Assembly: GCA_040876265.1 (NCBI GenBank)
Contig: JBBDPN010000001.1
Coordinates: 374,208 to 438,207, forward strand
Source of the DNA: Candidatus Woykebacteria bacterium
GTDB taxonomy: Bacteria > Patescibacteriota > Microgenomatia > Woykebacterales > RBG-16-39-9b
Length of the DNA: 64,000 nt
Direction of reading: 5' to 3'
The stretch's first letter is position 1. Each line of letters starts with the position of its first letter. Of this stretch, positions 39,560 to 49,168 are shown piece after piece. Under the pieces are notes generated by a model, which saw nothing but the letters and a program-made list of their open reading frames with translations, searched no databases and was not told the DNA's origin. A program made the translations under genes and the position numbers.

Positions 39560-39589
39560 TTGACAAAGAAGTGTTCGATTTTTCATAAT
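39560..39589 (+). promoter_or_regulatory. Sigma70-like promoter, probably leaderless
   Basis: TTGACA-18nt-CATAAT, ATG 7 nt downstream at 39597. Confidence 0.5.
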
Positions 39590-39596
39590 GGCCCAA

Positions 39597-40736
39597 ATGA
39601 AGCAGCTACTCTCTTTTGTAACTCTTAGCTTCGTATCAACTTTATTTTTTGTTCCTCAGATAACAGCAGAGGAAAACAAAGTGAAGATCAACGAATTTGC
39701 CGCGGTAACAGCTGGAAAAAGCCCGGATCTGGATTGGGTAGAGCTTTACAGTGACACCAACAACCCTATCTCGCTTGAAGGTTGGGAGCTGAGGGACTCG
39801 TTGGACAGCAGTCCAAAAAAACTATCCGGTTGTATCAAATCTGGTGGTTTTAGGAAGTTTGATTTTTCCAACCGGCTGAACAATTCTGGAGACAAAATCA
39901 GGTTGTTTAGCGACAAGGGTATTATGGTGGACGCAATCGAGTATTTTTCTGATCAAGTTCCCTCTCACCAAAAGGGAGCTTCCACTGGTAGAGAGCCGGA
40001 CGGTAGCGGTGATTGGCAAGTTTTTTCGACACCTACCCCAACCAACACTTCTTGTACGCAACAAAATGGGCAAAAAACCACCTCCTCGACGAATTTGAAG
40101 GTCTCTCTTTCGGAAATTTTCCCCAACCCAGAAAAGGGTGGTCAAGAATGGGTGGAGATATATAATCCTAACTTCTCCTCTGTAAATTTGAGCAATTGGA
40201 GTCTGGTAGACGCCGCCGACCACAAAAAAACACTATCAGGGGCGGTCTCAGCCAAATCCTACAAGGTTTTTAGGTACAGTAGCGGTTGGTTAAACAATGG
40301 CGGTGATGGTGTCACTTTGATCAACGCTGCAAGTAATAAAATAGAAAAATATACTTTTGGAGCCGCTGACAAAGGTGTTTCTTTTGCTAAAGATAGCAAC
40401 GGCAAATGGCACGTTACAATTACCCCAACCCCAGGTAAAGCCAACAAAATTAGTACCACCAACTCTGGTAATTTATCATCGTCCGCCAACCAAACTGAAA
40501 TGTCTGTTGACCTAAGTACTACTACTGGTTTAGACCAAAGCGTTGATTTTCTTAGTGGCGGCTTCCAAATTGATGCGCCCTCAGCTTTTTCTAGCCAAGA
40601 AGAGGGCGCAGTGGCTGGTATAAATAAGGAATCAGATAAATCTTCGTCCATAGCTACTTTACTGATTGCAAGCGGTATTGCTCTTGTTGGTACCGCTATT
40701 GCCTGGCCCTTTTTGGAAAGAATGAAAATCATATGA
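39597..40736 (+). CDS. Secreted double lamin-tail-domain protein with C-terminal membrane anchor
   Basis: Two INE/LSE...W(V)E(L/I)Y...LNN.GD...PTP repeats, S/T linker, terminal TM. Confidence 0.8.
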   Translation: MKQLLSFVTLSFVSTLFFVPQITAEENKVKINEFAAVTAGKSPDLDWVELYSDTNNPISLEGWELRDSLDSSPKKLSGCIKSGGFRKFDFSNRLNNSGDKIRLFSDKGIMVDAIEYFSDQVPSHQKGASTGREPDGSGDWQVFSTPTPTNTSCTQQNGQKTTSSTNLKVSLSEIFPNPEKGGQEWVEIYNPNFSSVNLSNWSLVDAADHKKTLSGAVSAKSYKVFRYSSGWLNNGGDGVTLINAASNKIEKYTFGAADKGVSFAKDSNGKWHVTITPTPGKANKISTTNSGNLSSSANQTEMSVDLSTTTGLDQSVDFLSGGFQIDAPSAFSSQEEGAVAGINKESDKSSSIATLLIASGIALVGTAIAWPFLERMKII

Positions 40737-41185
40737 AACAGAAAGAATTTATCTCAAAATCGATTGAGGAAACACAAGAGTTTGCAAAAAAATTTGCAGG
40801 AAGATTAAAACCCGGTGATATCGTAGCTCTTTACGGAGGGCTGGGTGCCGGGAAAACTGCCTTTGTCCAAGGGTTGGCTAAGGGGCTTGGGTATGGGGAA
40901 AGGGTGTTTTCACCGACCTTTATTTTTGTCCGACCTTACAAACTAAACTCAAAAGGCAAAGGGCAAAGGGCAAAAATAAACACGCTGTATCACATTGACT
41001 TGTATAGAATTGAGAAACCGGTTGAACTAAAATCTGTTGGGATAGAGGAATTTTTAAGCGATAAAAAAGCGGCCTCGGTCATAGAATGGCCAGAAAGAAT
41101 TGGGAATCTGCCTCCTGGAAAAACAATCAAAATAAAAATTGGAGCTGTAAGTGAAACTGAAAGAAAAATTACGTGGAGCGAGTAA
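40733..41185 (+). CDS. tsaE: t6A biosynthesis ATPase TsaE
   Basis: GGLGAGKT, SPTF, HIDLYR, IEWPE. Confidence 0.95.
   Translation: MKQKEFISKSIEETQEFAKKFAGRLKPGDIVALYGGLGAGKTAFVQGLAKGLGYGERVFSPTFIFVRPYKLNSKGKGQRAKINTLYHIDLYRIEKPVELKSVGIEEFLSDKKAASVIEWPERIGNLPPGKTIKIKIGAVSETERKITWSE
40950..40977 (+). repeat. Tandem heptamer repeat inside tsaE
   Basis: caaaagg caaaggg caaaggg caaaaat, encoding SKGKGQRAK. Confidence 0.7.
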
Positions 41186-42296
41186 GCAAGTAGTCGGCTG
41201 CTTCCAATAAGTAGCCCCTGCCCTCCTCCGATAATCTAGAGTGGTAGATGGCTAGTTTGGCCGCGTCTATGAGATTGCTGGAAAGTCTTTGTGAGTATTC
41301 TAAAGCTCCGCAACTACGAATAATATCCCGAGCACTTTCAATTTCATTTTTGCTTACCCTTCTGTTACCAATGGTTTTTGCCAATATTTGCTGATCTGCA
41401 GCTTTAGAAAATTCATACGCTTTAATCACCAAGAGGGTTTGTTTACCCTCCTTTAGATCAGCGTCAACGGGTTTTCCTATTCTTTCTTCGTCACCAAATG
41501 TCCCCATAATATCATCTTGGATTTGAAATGCCTGTCCGAGAGGCAAACCATAGTCGGTAAACACTTTAAAACTACTTTCATCCGCACCGGCAAGGGAAGC
41601 TCCAATATGCAGCGGTCTTTCGATCGTATATTTGGCTGTTTTGTATTCTAGGATGGTCAAAAGATCATTTTCGCTTATTTTACCTTTGTTTGGCGCTAAA
41701 ACATCCAAATATTCACCGTAAATTACTTGCTTTTTCATAAGATCGTAGTAATTTTTGGCGCGTCTTATCCTTTCCGCTGGAAACGGCGCCGTATTCAATA
41801 TCTCGTCGGCAAAGGCGAGAGCAAGATCGCCAGCCAAAACAGCTGTGGATATTCCAAATTCATTGGGGTTACCTTTAAAACCTCTTTTTCGATGGAAATC
41901 CTCAAATGCTTTGTGTACTGAAGGCCGACCACGGCGAAGATCTGACTTGTCAATAATATCATCGTGGATAAGAGCAAAGGCGTGTAGTAATTCAAGCGCG
42001 GCAGACGCATATAAAATTGCGTCCAGAGACCTACCACCGCTTGCTACATAGGCTGAATAAGCAAAGGCGGGTCGAACCCTTTTACCTCCTGCAGCAATAA
42101 ATCGACGTACCTGCTCCACTAGCACAGTTGACTCGGGATCTACCCGACTTGCCTCAGCTAACTTTTCATCGAGAAAGGAATTTAGAAATGGATCAAGCTT
42201 ATCTTTATACCAAGAAAGGTGCTTTTTGGCTCTTTCGCTAGAAAGTTTTATAGATTGATTGATCCGAAGCTGCGGGTAAAGAAAAATCTCCTTCAT
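41169..42296 (-). CDS. Polyprenyl diphosphate synthase
   Basis: GGKRVRP, LIHDDIID...RRG, KTAKYT, FQIQDD, DLKEGK. Confidence 0.93.
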   Translation of the reverse strand: MKEIFLYPQLRINQSIKLSSERAKKHLSWYKDKLDPFLNSFLDEKLAEASRVDPESTVLVEQVRRFIAAGGKRVRPAFAYSAYVASGGRSLDAILYASAALELLHAFALIHDDIIDKSDLRRGRPSVHKAFEDFHRKRGFKGNPNEFGISTAVLAGDLALAFADEILNTAPFPAERIRRAKNYYDLMKKQVIYGEYLDVLAPNKGKISENDLLTILEYKTAKYTIERPLHIGASLAGADESSFKVFTDYGLPLGQAFQIQDDIMGTFGDEERIGKPVDADLKEGKQTLLVIKAYEFSKAADQQILAKTIGNRRVSKNEIESARDIIRSCGALEYSQRLSSNLIDAAKLAIYHSRLSEEGRGYLLEAADYLLTRST

Positions 42297-42395
42297 CTTT
42301 TTATTCTTTCGGTCCCCTCATTCTACCATAAAACCCGCTGTCAAAGAATCCGCAGCTTGCTTGTTTGGGTAAATCGCGGTAAGATAGATTTTTAG

Positions 42396-43076
42396 ATGAA
42401 CGTCACAGTTATTTCTCTTGGAGGTTCATTGATCGTTCCAAATGGCGGTCCAGACCCCCAATTTTTAAAGGCCTTCCGGAAAACGATTTTAAAATTTACT
42501 GGCGATGGCAGGCGTTTTTTGATAGTCGCCGGCGGTGGTATGACTACTCGTTCTTACCAACAAGCGGCTAAAAAAATAATTGATTTACCAGATGAAGATG
42601 TAGACTGGCTCGGTATCCACGTGACCCATTTGAATGGTCACCTGCTGCGGACAGTATTTAGAGACAAGGCTCATTTGAAAGTGCTGACCCATTACAACGA
42701 AAAGGCAGATATACCAGAACCTATTACTATTGCTGCCGGCTGGAAGCCAGGCCACTCAACCGATTATGATACGGTAATGTTCGCGGCTCTTTATGGTAGC
42801 GACACCGTAGTAAATCTCTCCAACGTCCCTTTTGTTTATGATAAAGATCCGAACGAAAACAAAGATGCCAAGCCTTTAAGAGAAATATCCTGGGGTGATT
42901 TTCGCAAAATTGTCGGAGAGACCTGGATACCCGGTGACAATCTTCCTTTTGATCCGATTGCTAGTAAAAAAGCGCAAGAAGCAAATCTAAAAGTCGTCAT
43001 AATGGATGGGCACAACCTGCAAAATTTTGAAAATTTTCTGCAGGGTAAAGACTTTGAAGGCACAGTGATAAAATAA
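42396..43076 (+). CDS. pyrH: UMP kinase, archaeal-type
   Basis: SLGGS, GGG..R.YQ, DWLGI, PGHSTD, VYDKDP, FDPIA. Confidence 0.9.
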   Translation: MNVTVISLGGSLIVPNGGPDPQFLKAFRKTILKFTGDGRRFLIVAGGGMTTRSYQQAAKKIIDLPDEDVDWLGIHVTHLNGHLLRTVFRDKAHLKVLTHYNEKADIPEPITIAAGWKPGHSTDYDTVMFAALYGSDTVVNLSNVPFVYDKDPNENKDAKPLREISWGDFRKIVGETWIPGDNLPFDPIASKKAQEANLKVVIMDGHNLQNFENFLQGKDFEGTVIK

Positions 43077-43293
43077 CTCTTAAAACGGGTACGTCACTCA
43101 TATTTCAGGGTTACGTTTTCAGCTTCGTGATCTCCTCTTCCACTTCCGCCCGTGAGTACCACTCATCCACCCGCGTTATCTGCGGCGGGTATTTGGTTGG
43201 TTAGTATATTACTATTTTATTCCTGGGAATTCAAAGGTAGCTAAAAAGCAACCACCTTGTCCCGCCTTGAGGCTCTAGGATATAATATAGGTA

Positions 43294-43812
43294 GTGAAAA
43301 TTACAGTAACAGCAGGGAGTGGTACTGGTAGTACCACTCTTTCCGCCTTTGACACTGCGCTGAAAGAGGCAGGGATACACAATTACAATATTATCAAGCT
43401 TAGTTCGGTAATCCCACCGGAAAGTGAAGTAGTGGTAAAAAAATGGAAAAATGCGCCAACTGAACATGGTAAGAAGCTTTACACTGTACTTGCCGAAATC
43501 CGCTCTGATCTACTGGGCCGCACTATTGCTGCTGGGATTGGTTGGTACCAAACCAAAGATGGTCGCGGTATTTTTGCCGAACATCATGACATTATCGAAA
43601 GTCTAAATACAAAAGAAGCTGAGGAGAACGTAGCCAAAAAAATAGAAAGTACTGTGAGAGATCTTTGTAAAAATAGGTCCTATCCTTTCAATAAAAGAAA
43701 TTTCAAAACAGTCATCTCTTCTGCTGAGGTGAGGGACAAACCTACTTGTACTCTAGTCGCCGCCGTCTACGAATCTCAAGATTTTGATGCAAGTTCCCCA
43801 ACTATAGGTTGA
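43294..43812 (+). CDS. pdaD: Pyruvoyl-dependent arginine decarboxylase
   Basis: SAFDTAL..AGIHNYNIIKLSSVIP (Ser-Ser self-cleavage site). Confidence 0.85.
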   Translation: MKITVTAGSGTGSTTLSAFDTALKEAGIHNYNIIKLSSVIPPESEVVVKKWKNAPTEHGKKLYTVLAEIRSDLLGRTIAAGIGWYQTKDGRGIFAEHHDIIESLNTKEAEENVAKKIESTVRDLCKNRSYPFNKRNFKTVISSAEVRDKPTCTLVAAVYESQDFDASSPTIG

Positions 43813-43895
43813 AAACCCTGTAGTTTCGTGGTACAATCACAACCATCGCACCTGGGCTTTTGCCCACTAAATCCATACCTACGAAAGGAGAGACC

Positions 43896-45104
43896 ATGAA
43901 CATCCGTAGTTGGTTCGCGCTGGTAATAATGGTTCTGGTTACCTTCGTTGGTACCTGGAACCTACTAATATTCGCTCCACTGCAACCTTTCATCGCCTTT
44001 GACCTAGGCGTGAGCATTGGCGAGGCCGCACAGTTGACAACGGCGTCGGCTGGGTTCGCCGTCATGACCCTGGTGGTCTTCGGGCTGTTTGGGTCGCGAG
44101 CGTCAATGCGACACCTGATTTGGGTTGGGCTGATATCCATGGTGGTGGGGTCGCTGCTGCTCACGACAACGAAGGATTACACGCTGTTGCTGCTTATCCG
44201 TTTCTTCAACGGCGCAGCCGACGGTCTCATCTACCCTGCTGCTTGGGTCGCGCTAGGCCACTACCTTCCCAAGGAGAAGCAAGACACGTGGGGCATTGCG
44301 GCTATTATCGCTGGGACTGGGGTGGCTTCCTTTGTAGGATTGCCTCTAACCGCATGGTTCCTAAACGATCACAGTTGGCAGTTTGCGGTAACCATCATGG
44401 CAATGGTAGGGTCGGGGGTGTTTCTAATCAGTCTCACACTTCCACCAACGCCAAGGTTGGTGTACAAGGAGAAGCTCGGAGGTTTCAGTACCATTCTGGG
44501 CGACCGAAATCTGTTCCTGCTGCTGCTCGCGAACATCTTTGGTGCGGCCTCTTGGTTTGGCGCACTTGCCTTCGTTGGCAGCTTTATTGTCCAGACTTAC
44601 AGCCCCAGTCTGAACGATCTAGCGTGGTTCTTCGTGATCGCTGGAGGCTTGTTCACCGTTACGGTTGTGGCAACGGGTGTCTTGGCTGTAACGCCAAAAC
44701 TGCAAAAAGCTGCAAGCATTGGCTCGAGCATTCTAGTGGTCCCGATGACAATGGTTTTCTTTGGGATCACCGAGGGCTTTTGGCTAACAGCTGGGCTGGC
44801 TGCCGCTTTCGCGGTATTTAGAGCACCGGGCGTAACAAGCCTCGAGTCTCTACTTTTTGCAGCGTCTGAAAAGACAACTGCAAGGGTGCCAGCGATTGCT
44901 GCTTTGGACTCACCCACCTACTTAGGCACTATGGGGGCTGCCGCTATTGGTGGGATTGTCCTGTCCCAATCCACGTATTTCGGGATCGGAGTGATCTTTG
45001 CAGCCTCAGCAGCACTGTCGCTAGCTTTCCTGCTGATGTACAGGACGGACGCCGTTGCATCTGAGGAGCCACGAAAAACAGTCGAAGAGAAAGTAGCTAC
45101 CTAA
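43896..45104 (+). CDS. MFS transporter (GC-rich)
   Basis: About 12 TMs, RFFNGAADG, SWQFA; AAGGAG SD before ATG 43896. Confidence 0.85.
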   Translation: MNIRSWFALVIMVLVTFVGTWNLLIFAPLQPFIAFDLGVSIGEAAQLTTASAGFAVMTLVVFGLFGSRASMRHLIWVGLISMVVGSLLLTTTKDYTLLLLIRFFNGAADGLIYPAAWVALGHYLPKEKQDTWGIAAIIAGTGVASFVGLPLTAWFLNDHSWQFAVTIMAMVGSGVFLISLTLPPTPRLVYKEKLGGFSTILGDRNLFLLLLANIFGAASWFGALAFVGSFIVQTYSPSLNDLAWFFVIAGGLFTVTVVATGVLAVTPKLQKAASIGSSILVVPMTMVFFGITEGFWLTAGLAAAFAVFRAPGVTSLESLLFAASEKTTARVPAIAALDSPTYLGTMGAAAIGGIVLSQSTYFGIGVIFAASAALSLAFLLMYRTDAVASEEPRKTVEEKVAT

Positions 45105-45115
45105 GGAGGTCTGGC

Positions 45116-45676
45116 TTGACTACCAGCGAAATCGGACCTAGAGTCGATGTCATAACAGAGGGGTTCACTGCGGAGAAGATCGAGCAATTCTGGCAGGAGT
45201 ATGATGCTGCCTTTTCGGCGATCAGCGATCGTAACCCATGCCGGCAGTATTACCATAAACCAGAATTTGTATCAGCGATGGTAGATCCCACCTTTGTGAA
45301 GATTGTGGGGTACAGAGAAGATCGGCTGGCTTTCTTTGCTATGGGTACTGAGGACTTGGACAAGATCCCATGGATCTCTAGGGCGTTTTACGACCGAGAG
45401 TTCTCGCGATTTATAAACTCCAGGTTCTACGTGCCTGTGGTTTACATACCACTCAACCAGCAAGGTATTGGTGATTCGGGCATCCTGTTCCGCGCGATCC
45501 AATCCTACATGCGCAGCAAGAAACTCCGCCTGGTTCTATACGACCATGGTGGTGCTCCTCCCAACTCGGCACTGACTAGGATCATCCTTGACGTTCCGGG
45601 GACAAAACGAATAGGAGAAGGACCGATAGGCACGCAACTTTACCAAGCGGTCGAGACAATACTTACGGAGGAGTAG
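45116..45676 (+). CDS. Uncharacterised GNAT-fold-like protein
   Basis: YDAAF...RQ...EF..M.D, IPWIS..FY, VVYIPLNQQGIG resembling the acyl-CoA binding loop (Q/RxxGxG); AAGGAGG SD, TTG start. Confidence 0.6.
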   Translation: MTTSEIGPRVDVITEGFTAEKIEQFWQEYDAAFSAISDRNPCRQYYHKPEFVSAMVDPTFVKIVGYREDRLAFFAMGTEDLDKIPWISRAFYDREFSRFINSRFYVPVVYIPLNQQGIGDSGILFRAIQSYMRSKKLRLVLYDHGGAPPNSALTRIILDVPGTKRIGEGPIGTQLYQAVETILTEE

Positions 45677-45740
45677 CGTGCCGCTCCTCCAACCACCCCA
45701 ACCTTGTTTAGGCATAATACTTGTGTTAATCTAAACTTAG

Positions 45741-48065
45741 ATGCAACTCAGCGGATTTGTATTAATTCTCACCTTTATTACTTCCTTATTCCTGGGAATT
45801 TTCATAATCTATAAGAATCGAAGAGATTTACGTAACGTTACTTTTGGTGTTTTTACACTTACGATGGCCACCTGGGTACTTGTGAATTTCTTCGCAGATG
45901 CTGCCCAGACAACCGAACAGGCAACATTTTGGGCAAGAATGGCGATAGTAACACCATCATTCATGCCATTTTTGTTGCTTTTATTTTCAAATATATTTCC
46001 GACTCAGGAAAAACCGCTAAGTAAAATCCACTGGTTTTTGCTTTCAATACCAGCTTTAATATTTTTATTATTGAGTCCAACCCATTTAAATGTGGAGCGC
46101 GAGATCATTACTGAGACTGGAAGGGAGCTTATTGTTGGCCCGCTATATACACCTTTTCTAGTATATTTTGCACTGTACATAGTTGGAACAATATTCAATC
46201 TTTTCAGAAAATACAGAAAATCAACAGGGTTAGAAAAACTTCAAATCCAGTACCTAGTACTGGGGCTGATCGCAGCTGTGGGTTTTGCACTGTTATTTAG
46301 TGTTCTCCTTCCCATCTTAGGAATCTCCTCCTTAATTAGTTTCAGTCCTCTTGCCTCATTATTCTTGGTAGGGTCGGTTTCCTATGCAATAGTTAGACAC
46401 AGACTACTGGATATAGAAGTCATAATACGGCGGTCGCTTGTTTACTCGACGCTTCTGGCTTCCCTCATCGCCATCTACTCAGGATTGGTCTTCGTCCTCA
46501 ATAGCTTCTTTCTACCAGGCGAAACCGGCGTCTTCCCCCGAGTCACAGATGTAATCGCCATCATCTTGGTCGCGTTTACCATTGACCCACTACGCAGAGT
46601 GATCGAGCGTTCTACCGATAAAGTTTTCTTCAAAAAGCGCTACAACGCTCAAGAAACCATCAAACAACTTTCCGAAACTTTGGTTTCCGAAATTGACCTG
46701 GCTCGTCTGGTGGGAGAGATAAAAAAGGTCCTCACCGAGTCATTAAAGGTAAGCAAACTTTCTATCTATATCCGTAGTGATCACGAATTTTTCCCGGCGG
46801 CTATTGTAAATGATTTCCCAACTAGTCTTGGTACCGCAGTCGAGAAAAAGCACTTAATCACCAAGTACTTAGTTGATCATCATGATATCTTGATCATGGA
46901 TGAACTGGAGCGAATGCAAAAAGAAGGCAAAAGACTCGATCCACAGCTAGCTGATGCGATGAAGCTGCTTTCCAAGGCAGGGGTAGAGGTAGTCGTTCCC
47001 CTTATCGTAAAGGGAAACCTAAACGGAGCTATGTTTTTGGGCGAAAAGCTGTCCCAAGATATTTACAGCAACACCGATATTGGATTTTTAGAAATTCTTT
47101 CTCGCCAAGCCGCCCTTTCGCTAGAAAACGCCAAGCTTTATGAAGAGCAAAAACTTTATGGCGTAAGGCTTACAAAAGAGGTGGAGCGCGCCACCAGTGA
47201 TCTACGACACGCAAATGAACGTCTGAAAGAGCTGGACGAACTCAAAGATGAATTTATGTCTATCGCGAGCCATGAACTGCGCACCCCAATGACGGCAATA
47301 AAATCTTATGTTTGGCTTGCTCTTCACGGCAAAGTAAGCGAAAAAGATCCTAAGGTTCGCACTTATCTGGACAAAGTATTTGAATCTTCGGAACGCATGA
47401 TCAGCATGATAAATGACATGCTCAATGTTTCCAGAATTGAAACCGGAAGGCTAAAGCTAGAGATACTACCCATCTCTATTTGGAAAGTGGCGGAGGAGGT
47501 TAAGGATGAGCTTAACGCTCGAGCTGCCGAAGCCGGTGTGGACATAATCATTAAAAAAGATACTTTTGCGCCGCTGGTAATGGCAGATCGAGACAAGCTA
47601 ACCGAGATCTACACCAACCTTATCGGCAACTCTCTGAAATTTACCCAAAGTGGTGGGAAAGTCACTGTCAGTGCTCAGAAAAAGGGCAACGTAGTGGAAG
47701 TATACATCGCCGATACCGGAGTTGGTATTGCCAAAGAAAATATTGGCAAGCTCTTCAAAAAATATGGCAAACTCAACGAATCCTACGCTACTGTTTCATC
47801 TTCCACCGGTACCGGTCTTGGTCTTTATATCACCAAGCAGTATCTTGAAAAGATGGACGGATACATCAAGGTGGAATCCACTCTTGGAAGGGGAACCAAC
47901 TTCACTTTCGCTCTACCGATTGCCACCGGTAAAGACTTGCAAAAACACGCTGAGGAGGAAGAGGTACCAACTGGGGTATTTCTAAATCCAAAACTCGCCA
48001 AAACATTTGCTGCCCATGAAGAAGCAGTAAAGGCAGAAATCGGCCGCTCGCCTTCAAAAAAGTAA
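45741..48065 (+). CDS. Sensor histidine kinase: 7TM (HisKA_7TM-like) + GAF + HisKA + HATPase
   Basis: Multi-TM N-terminus, GAF-like VVVPLIVKG...LENAKLY, SHELRTP, NLIGNSLKF, DTGVGI, GTGLGL. Confidence 0.92.
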   Translation: MQLSGFVLILTFITSLFLGIFIIYKNRRDLRNVTFGVFTLTMATWVLVNFFADAAQTTEQATFWARMAIVTPSFMPFLLLLFSNIFPTQEKPLSKIHWFLLSIPALIFLLLSPTHLNVEREIITETGRELIVGPLYTPFLVYFALYIVGTIFNLFRKYRKSTGLEKLQIQYLVLGLIAAVGFALLFSVLLPILGISSLISFSPLASLFLVGSVSYAIVRHRLLDIEVIIRRSLVYSTLLASLIAIYSGLVFVLNSFFLPGETGVFPRVTDVIAIILVAFTIDPLRRVIERSTDKVFFKKRYNAQETIKQLSETLVSEIDLARLVGEIKKVLTESLKVSKLSIYIRSDHEFFPAAIVNDFPTSLGTAVEKKHLITKYLVDHHDILIMDELERMQKEGKRLDPQLADAMKLLSKAGVEVVVPLIVKGNLNGAMFLGEKLSQDIYSNTDIGFLEILSRQAALSLENAKLYEEQKLYGVRLTKEVERATSDLRHANERLKELDELKDEFMSIASHELRTPMTAIKSYVWLALHGKVSEKDPKVRTYLDKVFESSERMISMINDMLNVSRIETGRLKLEILPISIWKVAEEVKDELNARAAEAGVDIIIKKDTFAPLVMADRDKLTEIYTNLIGNSLKFTQSGGKVTVSAQKKGNVVEVYIADTGVGIAKENIGKLFKKYGKLNESYATVSSSTGTGLGLYITKQYLEKMDGYIKVESTLGRGTNFTFALPIATGKDLQKHAEEEEVPTGVFLNPKLAKTFAAHEEAVKAEIGRSPSKK

Positions 48066-48068
48066 CCC

Positions 48069-48353
48069 ATGAGCTTAAAATTGTTCATTAACACCACTAT
48101 AGCCAAGAAAGCAGTCGTTTCCTTGATAGATAAAGGTGATAAGGTAATTGCTCAAGAAAAAGCCGAAGATCCACTGGTAGCACTAGACAAACTGCTGAAA
48201 AAGACCAAAACAAAACTAGAAAATATAGACGAAATCGCCTCTCACCCAGGCCCCGGCTCCTTTACCGGCTTGCGGGTTGGGGCGGCCGTTGCCCAAACTC
48301 TCAATTTTGCTCTGGGCAAAAAAACTAAACCACCTGACCTCAAATACGAATAG
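48069..48353 (+). CDS. tsaB: Miniature TsaB-like protein
   Basis: LFINT..., GPGSFTGLRVG; only 94 aa. Confidence 0.7.
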   Translation: MSLKLFINTTIAKKAVVSLIDKGDKVIAQEKAEDPLVALDKLLKKTKTKLENIDEIASHPGPGSFTGLRVGAAVAQTLNFALGKKTKPPDLKYE

Positions 48354-48358
48354 CCCTC

Positions 48359-49168
48359 CTATAAAAACAGAGAGAGTAAAATAGCGGCCAGTATCAGTCT
48401 GTACCAGACAAAGATATTAAAATTATTTTTCGCCACAAATCTCAATAAAAACCCGATTGCAAACCAACCAGAAATTGCCGCCGCCGCGCTACCAACGAAA
48501 ATTAAGATTAAATTACCCTGGACAGATTGACTGAACAAATCCTGAGCACTCAAAGCAGCCGCACCCAGTATAGCTGGAGTTGATAATAAAAAGGAAAATC
48601 TTGTGGCGGCCTCTCTTTTCAGATTTTTAAATAGGCCAGCGGTGATGGTCACCCCACTTCTGCTCACACCGGGAACCAAAGAAACAGCTTGAGCTAGGCC
48701 CACGATAATCGCGTCAAGCCAGCCGATCTGGGAAAAATCACGCTTTCGATTTCCACTTCTATCTGCCCACCACAAAAGAGCGGCAAAAATAGACAAGGTA
48801 ACCGCTACTAGTAGGGGCTCCCGGGTATTTTTTTCAATAAAATCCTTAAACGCCAAGCCAACAACACCAGCTGGGATGGAACCGATCAAAATCAGCAGAA
48901 GAAGGCGAGACTCAAATTCCTTAGTAACTGAGCCTTTTTTAACCCCATTTAAAAAGGACTTGAAAATCCGTATCCAATCACCCCAAAAAAACCAAATCAC
49001 GGCGATGGTAGAGCCAACATGAAGAGCAACATCAAATTCCAGACTGTCCAGTACACCTCGCAACCCAAATATCTTTGGAAAAATAATCAAGTGGCCAGAG
49101 GAAGAGATAGGTAAAAATTCAGTTAGGCCCTGGACTATACCTAAAATAAATGCTTGGACGATATCCAT
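48359..49168 (-). CDS. uppP: Undecaprenyl-diphosphatase
   Basis: QGLTEFLPISSSGH, PGVSRSG.TI, FSFLLS.P. Confidence 0.96.
   Translation of the reverse strand: MDIVQAFILGIVQGLTEFLPISSSGHLIIFPKIFGLRGVLDSLEFDVALHVGSTIAVIWFFWGDWIRIFKSFLNGVKKGSVTKEFESRLLLLILIGSIPAGVVGLAFKDFIEKNTREPLLVAVTLSIFAALLWWADRSGNRKRDFSQIGWLDAIIVGLAQAVSLVPGVSRSGVTITAGLFKNLKREAATRFSFLLSTPAILGAAALSAQDLFSQSVQGNLILIFVGSAAAAISGWFAIGFLLRFVAKNNFNIFVWYRLILAAILLSLFL

Noticed and set aside
43081-43210. Minus-strand fragment KYPPQITRVDEWYSRAEVEEEITKLKT and a weak hairpin
   Set aside because: No clear start and no family recognised; may be a gene remnant but cannot be supported
44120-44821. 233-aa alternative-frame ORF within the MFS gene
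   Set aside because: Shadow ORF expected in GC-rich coding DNA; composition is not protein-like
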